Assembly: GCA_000165345.1 (NCBI GenBank)
Contig: CM000433.1
Location: 544,001 to 608,000 of the forward strand
Length of the DNA stretch: 64,000 nt
Direction of reading: 5' to 3'
Part shown: one piece after another, positions 46,606-58,600 of the stretch
Numbering within the stretch: the stretch's first letter is position 1
How the letters are laid out: each line of letters starts with the position of its first letter
Program-made: the position numbers and the translations under genes
Notes under the pieces: generated by a model
The model's database searches: none
Told to the model about the DNA's origin: nothing
Seen by the model: the letters and a program-made list of their open reading frames with translations, nothing else

Positions 46606-48546
46606 ATGAATTTGGTAACCAATTTGTTAAATAAGACAAGAATGCAAGTAAAGAAGGTAAAGCTGTTATTGATTCTATTATCAGCTTTGGCGATTTTTGA
46701 ATTTTGTTTAGGAACAGATTTGACAGCAGATTTGGACTCTTATTCAGCAGTTACAGCTGATCCAACAAGTAGCACAAAATTATTAAATTTAGTAGCACAA
46801 GAAGCAGTTCCTACACATGGAGGGAATAGATTTATGGATATTGGGGATGGATTGGCCACACAACACGTTATTGAAAAAATCAATTCATATACACCTCAAA
46901 ACTTGGAGGTAGCAGAAAGGTATGCAGCTAATATGGTAGCAATAAGTAAGCTCAGAGAAGAAATTTACACTGATGCTAAGGAATATCACGAGTCCATTAA
47001 ATTACAATTAGAAGCAGTTCCAGAGAGTAAGAAGCTTAATGAGATACTGAAGAATTCTGAGTTAAAGATGAAAAAAACAGAGCAAAATTATTTGGAATCA
47101 AAAAAAGCTGCAGAAAGATCTCTTGAGATTTATATGAAATTTATAAGACCAACAACTGAGAATGTTTTGATCAAAGCAGAAGCAACTGAAGGAAAAGGCT
47201 TGAAGATAGCTCATGACGAATTAGCAAATATGGAATCAATTTCATTACCAGATATGGATACTAGTGGATATGAGCCTTTGGATGCAGATGCATCATTACT
47301 AAGTATTGCAGAAAGTGTATTACCTCCAGAAGAAACAAAAGAAAGTTTGATTAATAAGGCTTTAGAAAAGATTTCAGCAACAATTGAGGATGACTTCATG
47401 AATAACAATGATTCAGATGGAAAAGGAAATAAATCTGATAAAAAGTTAGTAGTTGAAGATTTAGGTAATGGTGATGATGATGATGAAGATGATGATATTG
47501 AGGAAGATGAAGACAATGATCAAGATTTCGATGTTAGGGATAAGAGTGTTTCAAATAAAGAAACAAAAGATGTTTCTATTAATAAATCAGAGACAATTTC
47601 ACAAGTTGGTAAAAGTGAAGAAATATTTGGAAGTACAATAACTAGTTCTAATGATGAAAACAAAAATGATAAGATTTTGACATCTTTTCCATCATCGATT
47701 TCTGCTTCATTCCCATCAGCTGCTGATCCAACAAATAAGAATAAGAAAATTATTATGATTCCAGGAGGGACTAGTTTAAGTGGTAAAGTTCCTGAGCATT
47801 TTCAATATATTTTCAGGAGAAGTTATTTATTAGTTTATATTGCTTCAATATTTGTTGAATCATATGTATTACCACAATTCTTTACAGAAAACCCTGCAAT
47901 CAAATTATATTCATTTTTTAGAATAAAAAGGACATTTATATCTCACATATTATTTGGTTTGGCAAGCAAATATAGAATCATTTTCAAAGAGTTACAGAGA
48001 CTACCTTTTATTTACAAGGATTCAGAACTTAAAGAAAAAATTGAAAAAGTTGCATTTGATTTATCAGCCACAAATCTTCTTCTTCAAAATGCTTTATCCG
48101 ATTCTGAAGAAGGTTACAAAAACGTTGCAAGTTTATTAGTAGAGTTTCCATTCAAAGTAAAAGAAGTTTTTTCAAAGTTTTCTGCTCCTATTCGAGTTAA
48201 TTATCCAAATATTGATTATTCTTTTGTAATGAGTGAATCAATCTATTCTGCTCCAAAACCATTCTTTCCAGAGCTTTCCCCATTAGAAATTGAGAACTTG
48301 AAACTTTTTGATAAAGAACTTTCATCAAAGCTTGAAGAATTTGATATTAAGGAATCTTTAAGTGATCTAAGAGAATCTCAGCTATGGATTAAGGATTATG
48401 TTTTAAGAAATGCAGCCTATAGGCATTATCAATTTGAAAAGAGTCATAATATTCGTCCATACTTTGATTTTTCTCAATTCAATATCTGTTTAGTACCTCA
48501 AGTTGAAGAATTTTTAAAGTCGTCATCGATTAAAAAGAGTGATTAA
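46606..48546 (+). CDS. Secreted or membrane-anchored protein (646 aa) with a central poly-acidic tract. Function unknown.
   Basis: N-terminal hydrophobic signal/anchor (LLLILLSALAIFEFCLG). Central DDDDEDDDIEEDEDNDQD run. Confidence 0.5.
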   Translation: MNLVTNLLNKTRMQVKKVKLLLILLSALAIFEFCLGTDLTADLDSYSAVTADPTSSTKLLNLVAQEAVPTHGGNRFMDIGDGLATQHVIEKINSYTPQNLEVAERYAANMVAISKLREEIYTDAKEYHESIKLQLEAVPESKKLNEILKNSELKMKKTEQNYLESKKAAERSLEIYMKFIRPTTENVLIKAEATEGKGLKIAHDELANMESISLPDMDTSGYEPLDADASLLSIAESVLPPEETKESLINKALEKISATIEDDFMNNNDSDGKGNKSDKKLVVEDLGNGDDDDEDDDIEEDEDNDQDFDVRDKSVSNKETKDVSINKSETISQVGKSEEIFGSTITSSNDENKNDKILTSFPSSISASFPSAADPTNKNKKIIMIPGGTSLSGKVPEHFQYIFRRSYLLVYIASIFVESYVLPQFFTENPAIKLYSFFRIKRTFISHILFGLASKYRIIFKELQRLPFIYKDSELKEKIEKVAFDLSATNLLLQNALSDSEEGYKNVASLLVEFPFKVKEVFSKFSAPIRVNYPNIDYSFVMSESIYSAPKPFFPELSPLEIENLKLFDKELSSKLEEFDIKESLSDLRESQLWIKDYVLRNAAYRHYQFEKSHNIRPYFDFSQFNICLVPQVEEFLKSSSIKKSD

Positions 48547-49271
48547 GTTAAGTTGATTTTTGATACAACTACTAATACTGTTAAGGTAAATCTTGTATAT
48601 TTGGATTATCTCAGTATCAAATAGAATGAAAATAAAGCAATCTCTTTAATAATATATATGTATATATATATATATATATATGTATCTATATTTATATCTA
48701 TTAGATGGAAGAATGAACACATTCCACGTAATATATATTATTAAAATATGCTTAAGTTTATTTTAATGGTTAAGTTTAAGCAAAAAGAAAAGAGAATTTA
48801 TTTAGTTACCTTCAGTATTACTCTAGACACTATTACTAATTTGGGGCTAATTTCTTTTCATTACTTATTCTTCTCTTTCAAACATAATTACGTTTTTTAA
48901 TTTTTTTTGAAAAAATTCTAACTCAAAAATTTCTACCCTTTAATATTTAATACAATAAATGTATGAGATTTTGAAACTCACTTATAGATATATCTACACT
49001 ATTTGTTTTTGTTCATTATTAAGTTGAATATAATCTTTATCATTCTTATTTAGAACGATTCAAAACCTAAAAAAACTTTTTATCATAGTTTGATCATCTA
49101 ATACCGGCATGTAGTAAATTATTTCAGGTACCCGGCTTCCCGCTTAAATTTAACAAGAAATTATGAAAAAAAGTCGAAATAATGGACATAAAATAATATT
49201 TTGATAATAAAAGTTTGGAGGGTATAAAAAAGTAAAATTCTAATTTAATTTATAGTATTTGTGAATAGAAA

Positions 49272-50279
49272 TTGAAAGAAATGAATTTGATAATAGGAAA
49301 GGGAAGAAAGCTTTCTTTGCATATTATGGTTTTGGCTTTAATCTTGGTAATTCAGTTAACTCAGTGTGTAAAATGCCTAGACATAACTAGATTAAACGCT
49401 CTTTTGCCAGGAGAGCGATATAATTTGTATACTTCGTTATCGAAAAAAAGAGCTTCATTCTTGGAATTATATTTAATTGAAGAGGAGAAGAATGATGAGG
49501 AAGGAGAACCAAAGGTTAAAGTAGAAACTGATTGTATGTTGAGCGTTTTACAATACAAATTGGTAGATTTATTGATAGGAGATCGTGAACTTAATCAGAA
49601 TTTTGATACAATTACAGCAAAAAAGTGTTTGAGAAAAAGTTTAAGTCAGTTGCAGAGCTTTTATGTACGATTTTTTGATTTAAAACTAATTTACAAACCA
49701 AACTGTTTTGAGAGAGCTTGTTTTAAGAAACCAGAGAAGGTTTTCTTTAAAAATTTGGAGAATCTTGCTCTATCTATGTATTTTTTTTTCACTGTAAATA
49801 ATTTAATAAAAGAAAAAGGTGGTTTTTCAAGAGAATTGGCTCTTCCACAGGAATTGGAACATAAAAATGAAGCAATTTCTGTTTTGAATAATGTCAATCA
49901 ACTTCATTCATATAAAGAAGGCTTAAAAGTTTGCATGAAATTTAATATGTTGGACATTATGTTATATCCAAGACTAAACAATAAGACTCTATTATCAGAA
50001 TTTAAGATTTTCTCTTCAATAGTACGTATTTTGACAGCTAATGTTGAAAAACATGTTCGTTTGTACAAATATAACAAAAATAATTTTGAAATAAATGGGA
50101 AAAAAAATTATAGCAAGAAGTTGATTTCAGATATTAAGAACATTAGGTCTTCAATGAAACTGCTTTCCTATGTAATTCTCACTAAATACTTTATCATTGC
50201 AGACATTTTTAATTTGGAAATATATGAACAGATTTACAATTCTATCATCAATACTAATACCACTTATAATGCATATTAA
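49272..50279 (+). CDS. Predicted secreted protein (335 aa). Function unknown.
   Basis: Signal peptide LHIMVLALILVIQLTQCVKC. No recognisable motif. Confidence 0.45.
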   Translation: MKEMNLIIGKGRKLSLHIMVLALILVIQLTQCVKCLDITRLNALLPGERYNLYTSLSKKRASFLELYLIEEEKNDEEGEPKVKVETDCMLSVLQYKLVDLLIGDRELNQNFDTITAKKCLRKSLSQLQSFYVRFFDLKLIYKPNCFERACFKKPEKVFFKNLENLALSMYFFFTVNNLIKEKGGFSRELALPQELEHKNEAISVLNNVNQLHSYKEGLKVCMKFNMLDIMLYPRLNNKTLLSEFKIFSSIVRILTANVEKHVRLYKYNKNNFEINGKKNYSKKLISDIKNIRSSMKLLSYVILTKYFIIADIFNLEIYEQIYNSIINTNTTYNAY

Positions 50280-50600
50280 AATCTTTTTATTACGTTTACA
50301 TATTCATGTGTTTAAATTTAATACTTTCAGAATTCCGGTAGTGAAATTCAGGAAATGGCGGGAAAAACATGCACAGTTATTTAACATAAATATATACTAT
50401 GCATGCATATGCGCAGTTTATACTGGCTAAATGAATGATTCAAGGTTAATAATTAGTGAAGGTATGAAATATTTTCTTAGGAAAGTTTTGAAAGGCTTTC
50501 ATTACAAATAAAATATTGCTAAGGTTGGGGTGCCTCTAGCTTTCTTTTTGTTTAACTATAATTTCTAGTTTCTTCATTTTTCTTTTACTTCTTCTTTTTT

Positions 50601-51323
50601 TTATTCTTGTCTCTTTATTACCTTTTTAGTTAAGTAACAAAGAAGCAGAAGGTGCTTGACACTTTCGTGCATTGTAAGGAGGAGTAATTTTCCTGTATTA
50701 ATACATTCTAGAGCTTCAGAATGAGAGCAATGCGATGTATTTGCGATTATTCCATCTCTAATATTTACAATTTCTCTTCTTAAATCTTGGTCTTCAATAG
50801 ACCAATCCCAAGATCTTGCTAAAAGCATTTGAACTGTAATATCTTGAATATTAGCTAAATCAATTAATGAATAGTAATAGTATGCTCCTTGGTTTGCTAA
50901 AAGAAACTTATTTAATTGTTCATTCTCCAAATTTTTAACATAAACCTTTGGATAATTCAAAGCCACGATTTTTCTCTTAAATTCAGTTAAAAAAAGAAGT
51001 ATTGCAACTTTTAAAGTTTCTGTTGCCTCAAATATACTTAAATCTTTTCCTGATTCATTGTAGAAATCTTTCTGTTTCTCATCTGAAAGATCATCTTTAA
51101 GTTGTCTCAAGGTTTCTTCACTATAACATCTTTCTAGAACTTGACTATTCATTGATTCCAATATTATTTCTTCTTCATCTTTTATGTTATTGTTAATAGA
51201 TAGAGAATGAGCTTCTTCAAGGTGGAATTTTGCGTCTTTTTTTTTCACTACAACCACATCAAATTCACATAGACGACATGCTAGATAGTTTTGGATATTT
51301 TCAGTTAACTCTTTCTTCACCAT
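50601..51323 (-). CDS. Hypothetical soluble protein (240 aa). Function unknown.
   Basis: Clean ORF with protein-like composition and no TM segment or signal peptide. Confidence 0.4.
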   Translation of the reverse strand: MVKKELTENIQNYLACRLCEFDVVVVKKKDAKFHLEEAHSLSINNNIKDEEEIILESMNSQVLERCYSEETLRQLKDDLSDEKQKDFYNESGKDLSIFEATETLKVAILLFLTEFKRKIVALNYPKVYVKNLENEQLNKFLLANQGAYYYYSLIDLANIQDITVQMLLARSWDWSIEDQDLRREIVNIRDGIIANTSHCSHSEALECINTGKLLLLTMHESVKHLLLLCYLTKKVIKRQE

Positions 51324-51600
51324 TTCTTTCTTTCTTCCCTTTTTCTATCTTTCTGTTTCTGTTTCTGCTTCTGTTTCTCTTTCTGTTTCTCTTTCTCTTT
51401 TATTCTTTCTTTTTCTCTTTTCTTTCTCTATTCTGTTTCTCTTTCTGTTTCTCTTTCTCTTTCTATTTCTGTTTCTCTTTCTCTTTTATTCTTTCTTTTT
51501 CTCTTTTCTTTCTCTTTTCTGTTTCTCTTCTTCTTTCTCTTTCCCTTTCTCTTTCCCTTCCTCTTTATCTTCCTCTTTGTCTTCCTCTTCTTATTCTTAT
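51322..51600. repeat. CT-rich microsatellite, with (TTTCTC/TGTTTC/TCTTTC)n degenerate hexamer units, in the divergent spacer between the 50601-51323(-) and 52312(+) genes.
   Basis: About 280 nt of tttctctttctgtttctc... repeats. The overlapping + ORFs at 51230-51616 and 51577-51858 are translation artefacts of this repeat. Confidence 0.85.
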
Positions 51601-52105
51601 ATACTCCACCTTATAACCTTTACAATTGTATTATATTGGCAAACACTGACTTTACCAATCACACAATTCTGTCCTTTCTATAAAGCCAACCAGATATTAA
51701 CACAACCAAAGTCTTTCTCAAACCAAAATACCTGTGTGCCAAATCCTCTAATCCTTAAAATCTCCAATAATTTATTTCAATTTTATCTTACAATTTTACA
51801 TCATCATCCCTACCTTATTTTATATTTGCCATTTTTGGCGGGAAATGCAAATTTTTGAATTTTATTTATTACATGTACTAAAGGCGGAAAAAATTAAAAT
51901 AAAAAATAAATAATTCCTACTTGCTTTAATTCTTTCATATTCACACGTGCCACCAAATAAAACTTCTGAAATTAAAACTTAACTCAATCTACTTCATATC
52001 CACATCTCCACACCCCAAATATTCCCTGATCACTTCTTCTCTCATTCCTTCACTAATTTTCATCTCACTTTTTTAAGCCCAATGTCAATTTTACAAAATT
52101 AGTCT

Positions 52106-52150
52106 CGGCGCCAAAATTTTACCAGTATCTAAATCATGTATTGGCGCCAC
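52106..52150. promoter_or_regulatory. Pair of E2F-like sites, TCGGCGCCAAAAT and ATTGGCGCCAC, ~160-205 nt upstream of the 52312 gene. A further TTTTTGGCGGGAAAT site lies at 51832-51846.
   Basis: GGCGCC palindromic cores in AT-rich context. Confidence 0.5.
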
Positions 52151-52311
52151 TATCAATAAAAAGAATGTATGAATAAATATTAACTTACAAGGTTAATAAA
52201 CGTTATGCCAAAATAAAGAACAAGAGGAAAAAAGTTCATATCAAACCCAAATAGCAAGCTGTAAAAAATAAGTATTTACTTCATTCAGCTTGTGAAGCTT
52301 CCTGCTTTTAC

Positions 52312-55300
52312 TTGCCGCAAGAAGAATACTTTAAAATGAATCTATCTCAATCTCGCTGTCCTTTTTTCCTAAAGGCAATTATTGCCTTTGGGTTCATTCT
52401 ACAGCTCTCATTTTGCCAGCTCGCTTCTTTAAACTATAGACCTGAAAGGTTGGAGCAACCTATAATTATTAGAAAAGCGCTTAGTAAAGAAATATGTCAT
52501 TTAAAAGAACTTGACGAAATGTCATATTACTGTGAACCTTTGGAAAATACTACCAATGCAGCTTATTTACAAATTGATTGTGAACTTATCTCTAAAAAAG
52601 ATAGTCAGTTTCTCATTCTTGGAGATTGTGATCAGTCCACCAATCTAAATGGCGATCTAGCTTCTTTAAATAACTGCAATAAATATCTTTGTGATATGGA
52701 AAGCAATCCTTTAAACCTTCTAATTGTTAAAGTCTCTGGAAAAACTGAATATTTTCATGCTATTGAACATTTTAAAAGAAATTTCAGATTTAAAGAATCT
52801 ACTCGAAGTATGAAGTTATCTCCTATTCCAGTTCATGTTTTATATAAAAAGTTTCAACTCTTTCCTGATTTTACCAACAAATCTACTCCATGGATCTCAC
52901 CATTCTATGGTAAATATCTTGCCTACTATATTGGATCTGAAGAACATATTCCAACCTTAGATTGGGTTATACAGAAATTTGATAATACTGTTTTTAAAAA
53001 TTTCTTAGAATTGAAAGATAAATATGAAATTCAAGATAAAGAAAATGATATTATTTCTACTTCTGAAACTGTTTACAGTATATCTTGGCTTATATCAACT
53101 ATTATTGAAACTTATTGGACTAGAGGTATTGATCAACAAACTATACAACAAAATCAATCATTTCATACTGAAACATCATCTTTTGATACTGGATTAACAT
53201 ACAGAACTTATTGTTCTTTAGATTTCTCATCTTTTATCTTTAATATGAAACAATATATTGATTTTGCTGCTAGGACTAATAATAGTCCATCTTATTTAAC
53301 TCATGAAATTAAAGATATTAGTAATGAAAATATTAAAGATATATTCTTATACTCAAGAATTGATTTGGATTCATTCTATCTTAACTATTCTCCAAATGAA
53401 ATCAGTTCTGATCATTCCAACTTATCTAATGATGAGTTATTCAATAAACCTTTTCCTTGTAATTCCAAGTATAAAAGTATTCAAAAGCTTAAAAAAACTG
53501 CTTTTGATGATTATTCCAGTAATAATGTCAAAAAATCTTTAGATTCTGATCTTTATAAGCTCAGTAAAACTGTTAATGAAGATATTCTTGTACTTGTTAA
53601 TATTATTTATGAACTTATTTCAAATTATATTATTGGAATTTATAAAAAGAATCCAATTCTTGTTGAATCTAGCGAAAGATTACAAAGATATTATAAGATA
53701 TACCAAAAATTATTCTCTAGAATTACTGAAATCAAGTTAGAAGTTGATAAAGTTTGTGGTAGAAAAGCTTTTAAAATCTACTCAAAGAATAATGATGGGA
53801 AGAAAACTATTATTAGCAGTAGTAGTAATAATAGTAATAATAATAATAATAATAATAACTCAACTAATGACAAAAATTCTACAAAGTCAAATAAAAATAA
53901 GCATTCAGACTTGGATGAAGAAAATATTTGCTCTTTAAGATATAGTATGGATGTTATTAAAAGATTGGAATCCATCTTCTTTTCAATTCATGAAAATTAC
54001 AGATATGTTGAACAATTGAGAAAAAATCAATTAAACTCTCCTGAATATCTTTTAAGATCAACTTATTGTTTCTCAAAGGCTCTTTTTGAAAGTAACTATA
54101 AAGATATACCTAATGAAACAATTATTAAAACAGTTTTAATTAATTCAATAATTTACAAACTTAAAAAAAGTACAAGTAAATCTATAAAATCTGAATGTCT
54201 TAAAGATCTTAGTAGTGGTGATCTTTCTTGGTTAGTAGATATTGAATCAAATTCACAAATTTGTGAAAGTTATTCAAATTGTATCTTTAATAAGGAATCC
54301 ATTAATCAAAGTGTAGAAATTTTTACTAAACTTAAAGAAATTGATCAAGAAGGAGGATTCCATGAAAAATTTGCATTAATTAAAGAAATGTGTATATATT
54401 CTGACAAGATTCTAGGACTAAGCTTAGCTAGAAATAAAGACACAGAGTCCAATAATATTGATTCTGATTTGACAAATTGTCAAGGATTTCGTCTTTTACA
54501 GCTTACACTTAGAACTAGTCAACTTCAACAAGAAGTTGTTGGATTCAAATTCAGAATTACTCTTGTGGACAAAATTGGTAATTCTTACTTTATACCAGAC
54601 TCCTCAACTGTTAACTATTTATTAATTAATGACTTTTGTATGGATCCTGAAATTACTCCATTAATTCAATGTAATTTTGATTGGGTAGCTTTTCAAAGCT
54701 TAGAAGAATTGAAAAAGTCAAGTAAAAAAGAGAATTATAAAAGGATTACAAACTCTATTGTATTACCAGATGGATATACTATATATACTCCTTTATACTT
54801 TAAAGAAACTACAGATATTGACTTTATTTCACTTTCAAATGGAGTATTGTTTGGCCGTATTTTAAGTTCTGAGACTAATCTTAATCCTAAGCTTAGACTT
54901 ACTTACTTTAATGGACTTCCATATCCATATCATATGAATAATGAGGATCTTAAAAGGAAGATTTGTGAAAAATCTCCAAACAAATTTACTTATAATCCAG
55001 AATATTCAAATCCTCAGAAGATATTGGTTTTGAAGATTAGTTATGAATCTAGTCCAATTTCTATAATAGTTGATGATGAATACTTTGAAAATAAGACATT
55101 GATAAGGAATTCTTTGATTTTCAAGGATAAGTTTTCTGTGATTGAAACACCAGGACTTTCAATACCTTTAACTCCTTGTATAATTCAGATTGAAAGTACT
55201 TTGAGATCAAAATCTCCTTGTAACTCAATACTTTTCCCTTATTTAATGATTCAAGAGTTTGTTAATCCTTTAGGAATTGAGAATAATAATGGGATTATTA

Positions 55301-58155
55301 ATGGTAATATTGTTAATAGTGGTACTATTAGTAGTAATAATAACAATAACAGTGATAAGAAGAATAAAAGTTCTTCTACTCCTATTAATACAATGGATGA
55401 TATCATTTATCCAACAAATCTGGAAGGTGTATTAGAAAAGATACTTGAAATTGAGCCTTTAGCTTTAAACTTTATTGTTTCTGGTCGTGGTTATAAATTT
55501 CTAAAGATGATTTTAAAGTCGAATTATTATCTTGGATATCACTTTTTAACAACTTTAGTAACTTTTTGGACAGGTGGTTCCAAATTCCGTCAACATTGTG
55601 ATATGCATCCAGGAAACATTCTTACAAGATTTCCCTCTAGTTGGAAAAAGTATAAATGGGAGAAATATTTAAAAAGTGTTTTAGATCACATAGATCAGAG
55701 ATACTTTTCTATTATTGATGTTGATTTTTCTTATGAAAGTGAAATGAAGATTACAAATTTGGAAGAAGATATTGAGAGACTTCCTGATAAGGACCCATGT
55801 AATCATCCTTCAGTAATAGAAAATAATAGTCAAGTATCTAGGAATGATTATGAGAGAATTATGTGTTTCTTTTGTGATTCTCATATGTCTCTTGAAACAT
55901 TTACTGAAGTAATTTCAAATTCTTATCCTTCCAAGACAGTATATTATGATCTTTCAACACATTATGAAGATATTATGAGAATTCACAATTATACAATGAA
56001 TTATTGTGAAAAAGCAAAGAAAATGATAAATGAATTAAAAGAGAGAGGGGAGGATGATCTTGCAACAGGGTTTAAGATGATCCAAAGCTTAAGAAAAGTG
56101 ATATGGAATTCAATTCTTGGACTTGATGGATTTGATACAGTTTCGGTTTCAGGTAATGAACTTGAAAACAATGATTTATTTAGTAGGTTTTTATTTTCAG
56201 GTTCAGGACCAAGTTTAGAATCTTGGTTATCATTACAAAAATCATCAGAATTAAAGAATAAGAAGGAATTAATAACAACAAGGAATTTAAGAAGAGGAGA
56301 TTCAATGATGGATAATGAGAACTCGTCTTTATATAATAATGATGATTTAAAGGAATCAGTTTTAGTAGAAAAGGGTCTTTCTTTACCGGTATTCCCAGAG
56401 AGAATAATGCCAGGAATGACTTCATCAATTCCAGAGCAGAGTTTAAGTTTTTACTGTATTGCAATATCAACAAGAAAGCTCTTAAACTCTCCATCATTAA
56501 AATTTACAGATCTTGTAAACTTTTTATTACAAAGATCATCATCTGAGGGATATATAAGAAAGATTCATTTTGGATCAAGTTTTGAAGAATTTGAATCAAC
56601 AAGAAGTAAATTAGAATCTGTGGAGCATTCAAAATTAGCATGTATGGAGAATTATGAAAATAAAAGGATTGTAATGGAAATGATACCATTAATATATTCA
56701 AAAGCTGATATGGTTTGTCCGAAAGATATTTGTACAAGTGTTAAACATTATGATATTTTTGAATCAATAGTATTAGTTTATAGATACCGTTTGAGTCATT
56801 TAATTTCAACAGCTTATCATTTGGGAGATACTTATAGTAATTTTGAAGACCAAATGTTAAGTATTAAAGTTTGGATGGTAGAGAGAAAGAATAAAATAGG
56901 TAAGAATGGTTTAGATTCAAGCATAGCAGAGAAGAAGTTATTGAAATTAAGTGAAGAACAGATAAATTCTATATTAGAGCTATATCACTTTTGTATAAGA
57001 GATAGGTTTTACAGTTCTTTATCTTATGGTCAATTAAAATGTAAAACAATACCAGAATTTGAAAAGTATGGAGAAGATTCGAATGGATTATTAATTTTGG
57101 AATTATCATCAATTTCTGATAGATCTTCAAGTAATATATTATTTCCATGGATTTACAATAGTGATTTTTCAATATTTGAATCAGAATTTTCATTTAAAGA
57201 TGTGAATGGTATTTCTGTGATTGGTATTGTAAGACCTTTTGAACAAGGAGAGGGAATAGAGAATAATAATATAAAGGAAAGAAAAGTGTTTATACATAAA
57301 GGAGGTAAATGCATTTACAATTATAATTCAAGAATAGATGAATATAAGGCTCCTCCAAGTATTACAAACAAGATTTCAGAAGGACATGAACATTTATACA
57401 GAAATAGTTTTATTGGATATGATAAGATGGAAATAAATAGTTTGACAGTTTTTACATTAGATGAAGGTAAAAGAATAAGTTTTTATTCTTGGGTTAAAGG
57501 AATAATGAATGCAAGTACAGGTTTTTTTCAAGAGAAAGATTTAGGATTGTCAGGAATGGGTTTTTCTTCAATAAAGAAGAATTATCAGATTGAGTTAATA
57601 ATTCTAGTTGGTTTTGTTGTGAAGACATTTAAGTCAATTTGGATTCCAAATCCAGAATGTAAGCATTATAGTAAGTTTAAGACTGTTTGTTTCCCAATGT
57701 TTTGTGGTCTGTCAAGCAAGAATATTATTTTAAATGTTGGTGATAACAGAAGAATTAGAGGGGTGAAGTTTTTATTTGGGCAAGATATTAAAGTAATAAA
57801 TGCATATAATGATGTTACAAGTTTAAATTCCGAAGGCTCAGGATTTCAGTTGAATAAAGAGAAATCAAAATCTGAGCTTGAGGAGTTAGTTAGTCTAAGC
57901 CATATTTTGCCACATTATTGTTTTGGCAATAATGATCAAGTTAATGATATGATAGCAGTTGCATCAACTTTAGAGTATTTAACTACAGTAATTGCTACAG
58001 ACGGTGCTTTGGACCCTTTAAAGTTATTTTCTTCAAATGTTGGCGATGTCTATTATAGGTACTTTAATATGACATTGGAGGAAATTTTAGGTCAAGTAAA
58101 TAGATTTTGCGATATATTGCAAGCTTATTCAGGGTCAAAGAGCCGTGTATGTTAG
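52312..58155 (+). CDS. Giant (1947 aa) protein with an N-terminal signal anchor. It is Cys-containing, with poly-N/S low-complexity islands. No recognisable domain.
   Basis: 5.8-kb uninterrupted ORF. N-terminal hydrophobic segment FFLKAIIAFGFILQLSFCQ. Confidence 0.55.
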   Translation: MPQEEYFKMNLSQSRCPFFLKAIIAFGFILQLSFCQLASLNYRPERLEQPIIIRKALSKEICHLKELDEMSYYCEPLENTTNAAYLQIDCELISKKDSQFLILGDCDQSTNLNGDLASLNNCNKYLCDMESNPLNLLIVKVSGKTEYFHAIEHFKRNFRFKESTRSMKLSPIPVHVLYKKFQLFPDFTNKSTPWISPFYGKYLAYYIGSEEHIPTLDWVIQKFDNTVFKNFLELKDKYEIQDKENDIISTSETVYSISWLISTIIETYWTRGIDQQTIQQNQSFHTETSSFDTGLTYRTYCSLDFSSFIFNMKQYIDFAARTNNSPSYLTHEIKDISNENIKDIFLYSRIDLDSFYLNYSPNEISSDHSNLSNDELFNKPFPCNSKYKSIQKLKKTAFDDYSSNNVKKSLDSDLYKLSKTVNEDILVLVNIIYELISNYIIGIYKKNPILVESSERLQRYYKIYQKLFSRITEIKLEVDKVCGRKAFKIYSKNNDGKKTIISSSSNNSNNNNNNNNSTNDKNSTKSNKNKHSDLDEENICSLRYSMDVIKRLESIFFSIHENYRYVEQLRKNQLNSPEYLLRSTYCFSKALFESNYKDIPNETIIKTVLINSIIYKLKKSTSKSIKSECLKDLSSGDLSWLVDIESNSQICESYSNCIFNKESINQSVEIFTKLKEIDQEGGFHEKFALIKEMCIYSDKILGLSLARNKDTESNNIDSDLTNCQGFRLLQLTLRTSQLQQEVVGFKFRITLVDKIGNSYFIPDSSTVNYLLINDFCMDPEITPLIQCNFDWVAFQSLEELKKSSKKENYKRITNSIVLPDGYTIYTPLYFKETTDIDFISLSNGVLFGRILSSETNLNPKLRLTYFNGLPYPYHMNNEDLKRKICEKSPNKFTYNPEYSNPQKILVLKISYESSPISIIVDDEYFENKTLIRNSLIFKDKFSVIETPGLSIPLTPCIIQIESTLRSKSPCNSILFPYLMIQEFVNPLGIENNNGIINGNIVNSGTISSNNNNNSDKKNKSSSTPINTMDDIIYPTNLEGVLEKILEIEPLALNFIVSGRGYKFLKMILKSNYYLGYHFLTTLVTFWTGGSKFRQHCDMHPGNILTRFPSSWKKYKWEKYLKSVLDHIDQRYFSIIDVDFSYESEMKITNLEEDIERLPDKDPCNHPSVIENNSQVSRNDYERIMCFFCDSHMSLETFTEVISNSYPSKTVYYDLSTHYEDIMRIHNYTMNYCEKAKKMINELKERGEDDLATGFKMIQSLRKVIWNSILGLDGFDTVSVSGNELENNDLFSRFLFSGSGPSLESWLSLQKSSELKNKKELITTRNLRRGDSMMDNENSSLYNNDDLKESVLVEKGLSLPVFPERIMPGMTSSIPEQSLSFYCIAISTRKLLNSPSLKFTDLVNFLLQRSSSEGYIRKIHFGSSFEEFESTRSKLESVEHSKLACMENYENKRIVMEMIPLIYSKADMVCPKDICTSVKHYDIFESIVLVYRYRLSHLISTAYHLGDTYSNFEDQMLSIKVWMVERKNKIGKNGLDSSIAEKKLLKLSEEQINSILELYHFCIRDRFYSSLSYGQLKCKTIPEFEKYGEDSNGLLILELSSISDRSSSNILFPWIYNSDFSIFESEFSFKDVNGISVIGIVRPFEQGEGIENNNIKERKVFIHKGGKCIYNYNSRIDEYKAPPSITNKISEGHEHLYRNSFIGYDKMEINSLTVFTLDEGKRISFYSWVKGIMNASTGFFQEKDLGLSGMGFSSIKKNYQIELIILVGFVVKTFKSIWIPNPECKHYSKFKTVCFPMFCGLSSKNIILNVGDNRRIRGVKFLFGQDIKVINAYNDVTSLNSEGSGFQLNKEKSKSELEELVSLSHILPHYCFGNNDQVNDMIAVASTLEYLTTVIATDGALDPLKLFSSNVGDVYYRYFNMTLEEILGQVNRFCDILQAYSGSKSRVC

Positions 58156-58589
58156 TTTGTTGACGATTATGTTTTCTGAATAGAAATAGCCAATTATTTA
58201 ATTTTGCTTTGGTTTTAAATTGGGCGGGCATATTTTGGATTTGTTAATTTTCTTTAAATTTTTTAGAAATATATTGAATTTTGGAGGAGTTGGGAGGGAT
58301 AGATTTTGAATGTTTTGGTTGTTTGTAACGATATGGGATTAACTTTTATGTTTTTCTCTTTCTCTTAAGGTTTTAGGATTTTTAGAATACTAGAATTTAT
58401 GGAGTTTGAACTGTTGCAAATATTATTACCTGGCACTACAAGAAGAAAGTAGAGGGGGAAAACAAAAATGAATCTTCATGATATATGTCATTTTTCTAAT
58501 TTCTAGATTGAGAAAATTTACCGTTACTTTTTTAAATCCATTTTAAGTAATAATTTACATGGTATTTTCAATCTTGTAAAAATAGACAG

Positions 58590-58600
58590 TTTGGCGCCAC
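58590..58600. promoter_or_regulatory. E2F-like site TTTGGCGCCAC, ~145 nt upstream of the ATG at 58745. A further TTGGGCGGGCAT site lies at 58220-58231.
   Basis: Same motif family. It is followed by an (AT)n tract. Confidence 0.5.

Noticed and set aside
51230-51858. Two + strand ORFs encoding FLFLF/SLSLS-type peptides.
   Set aside because: These are translations of the CT-rich microsatellite, not genes.
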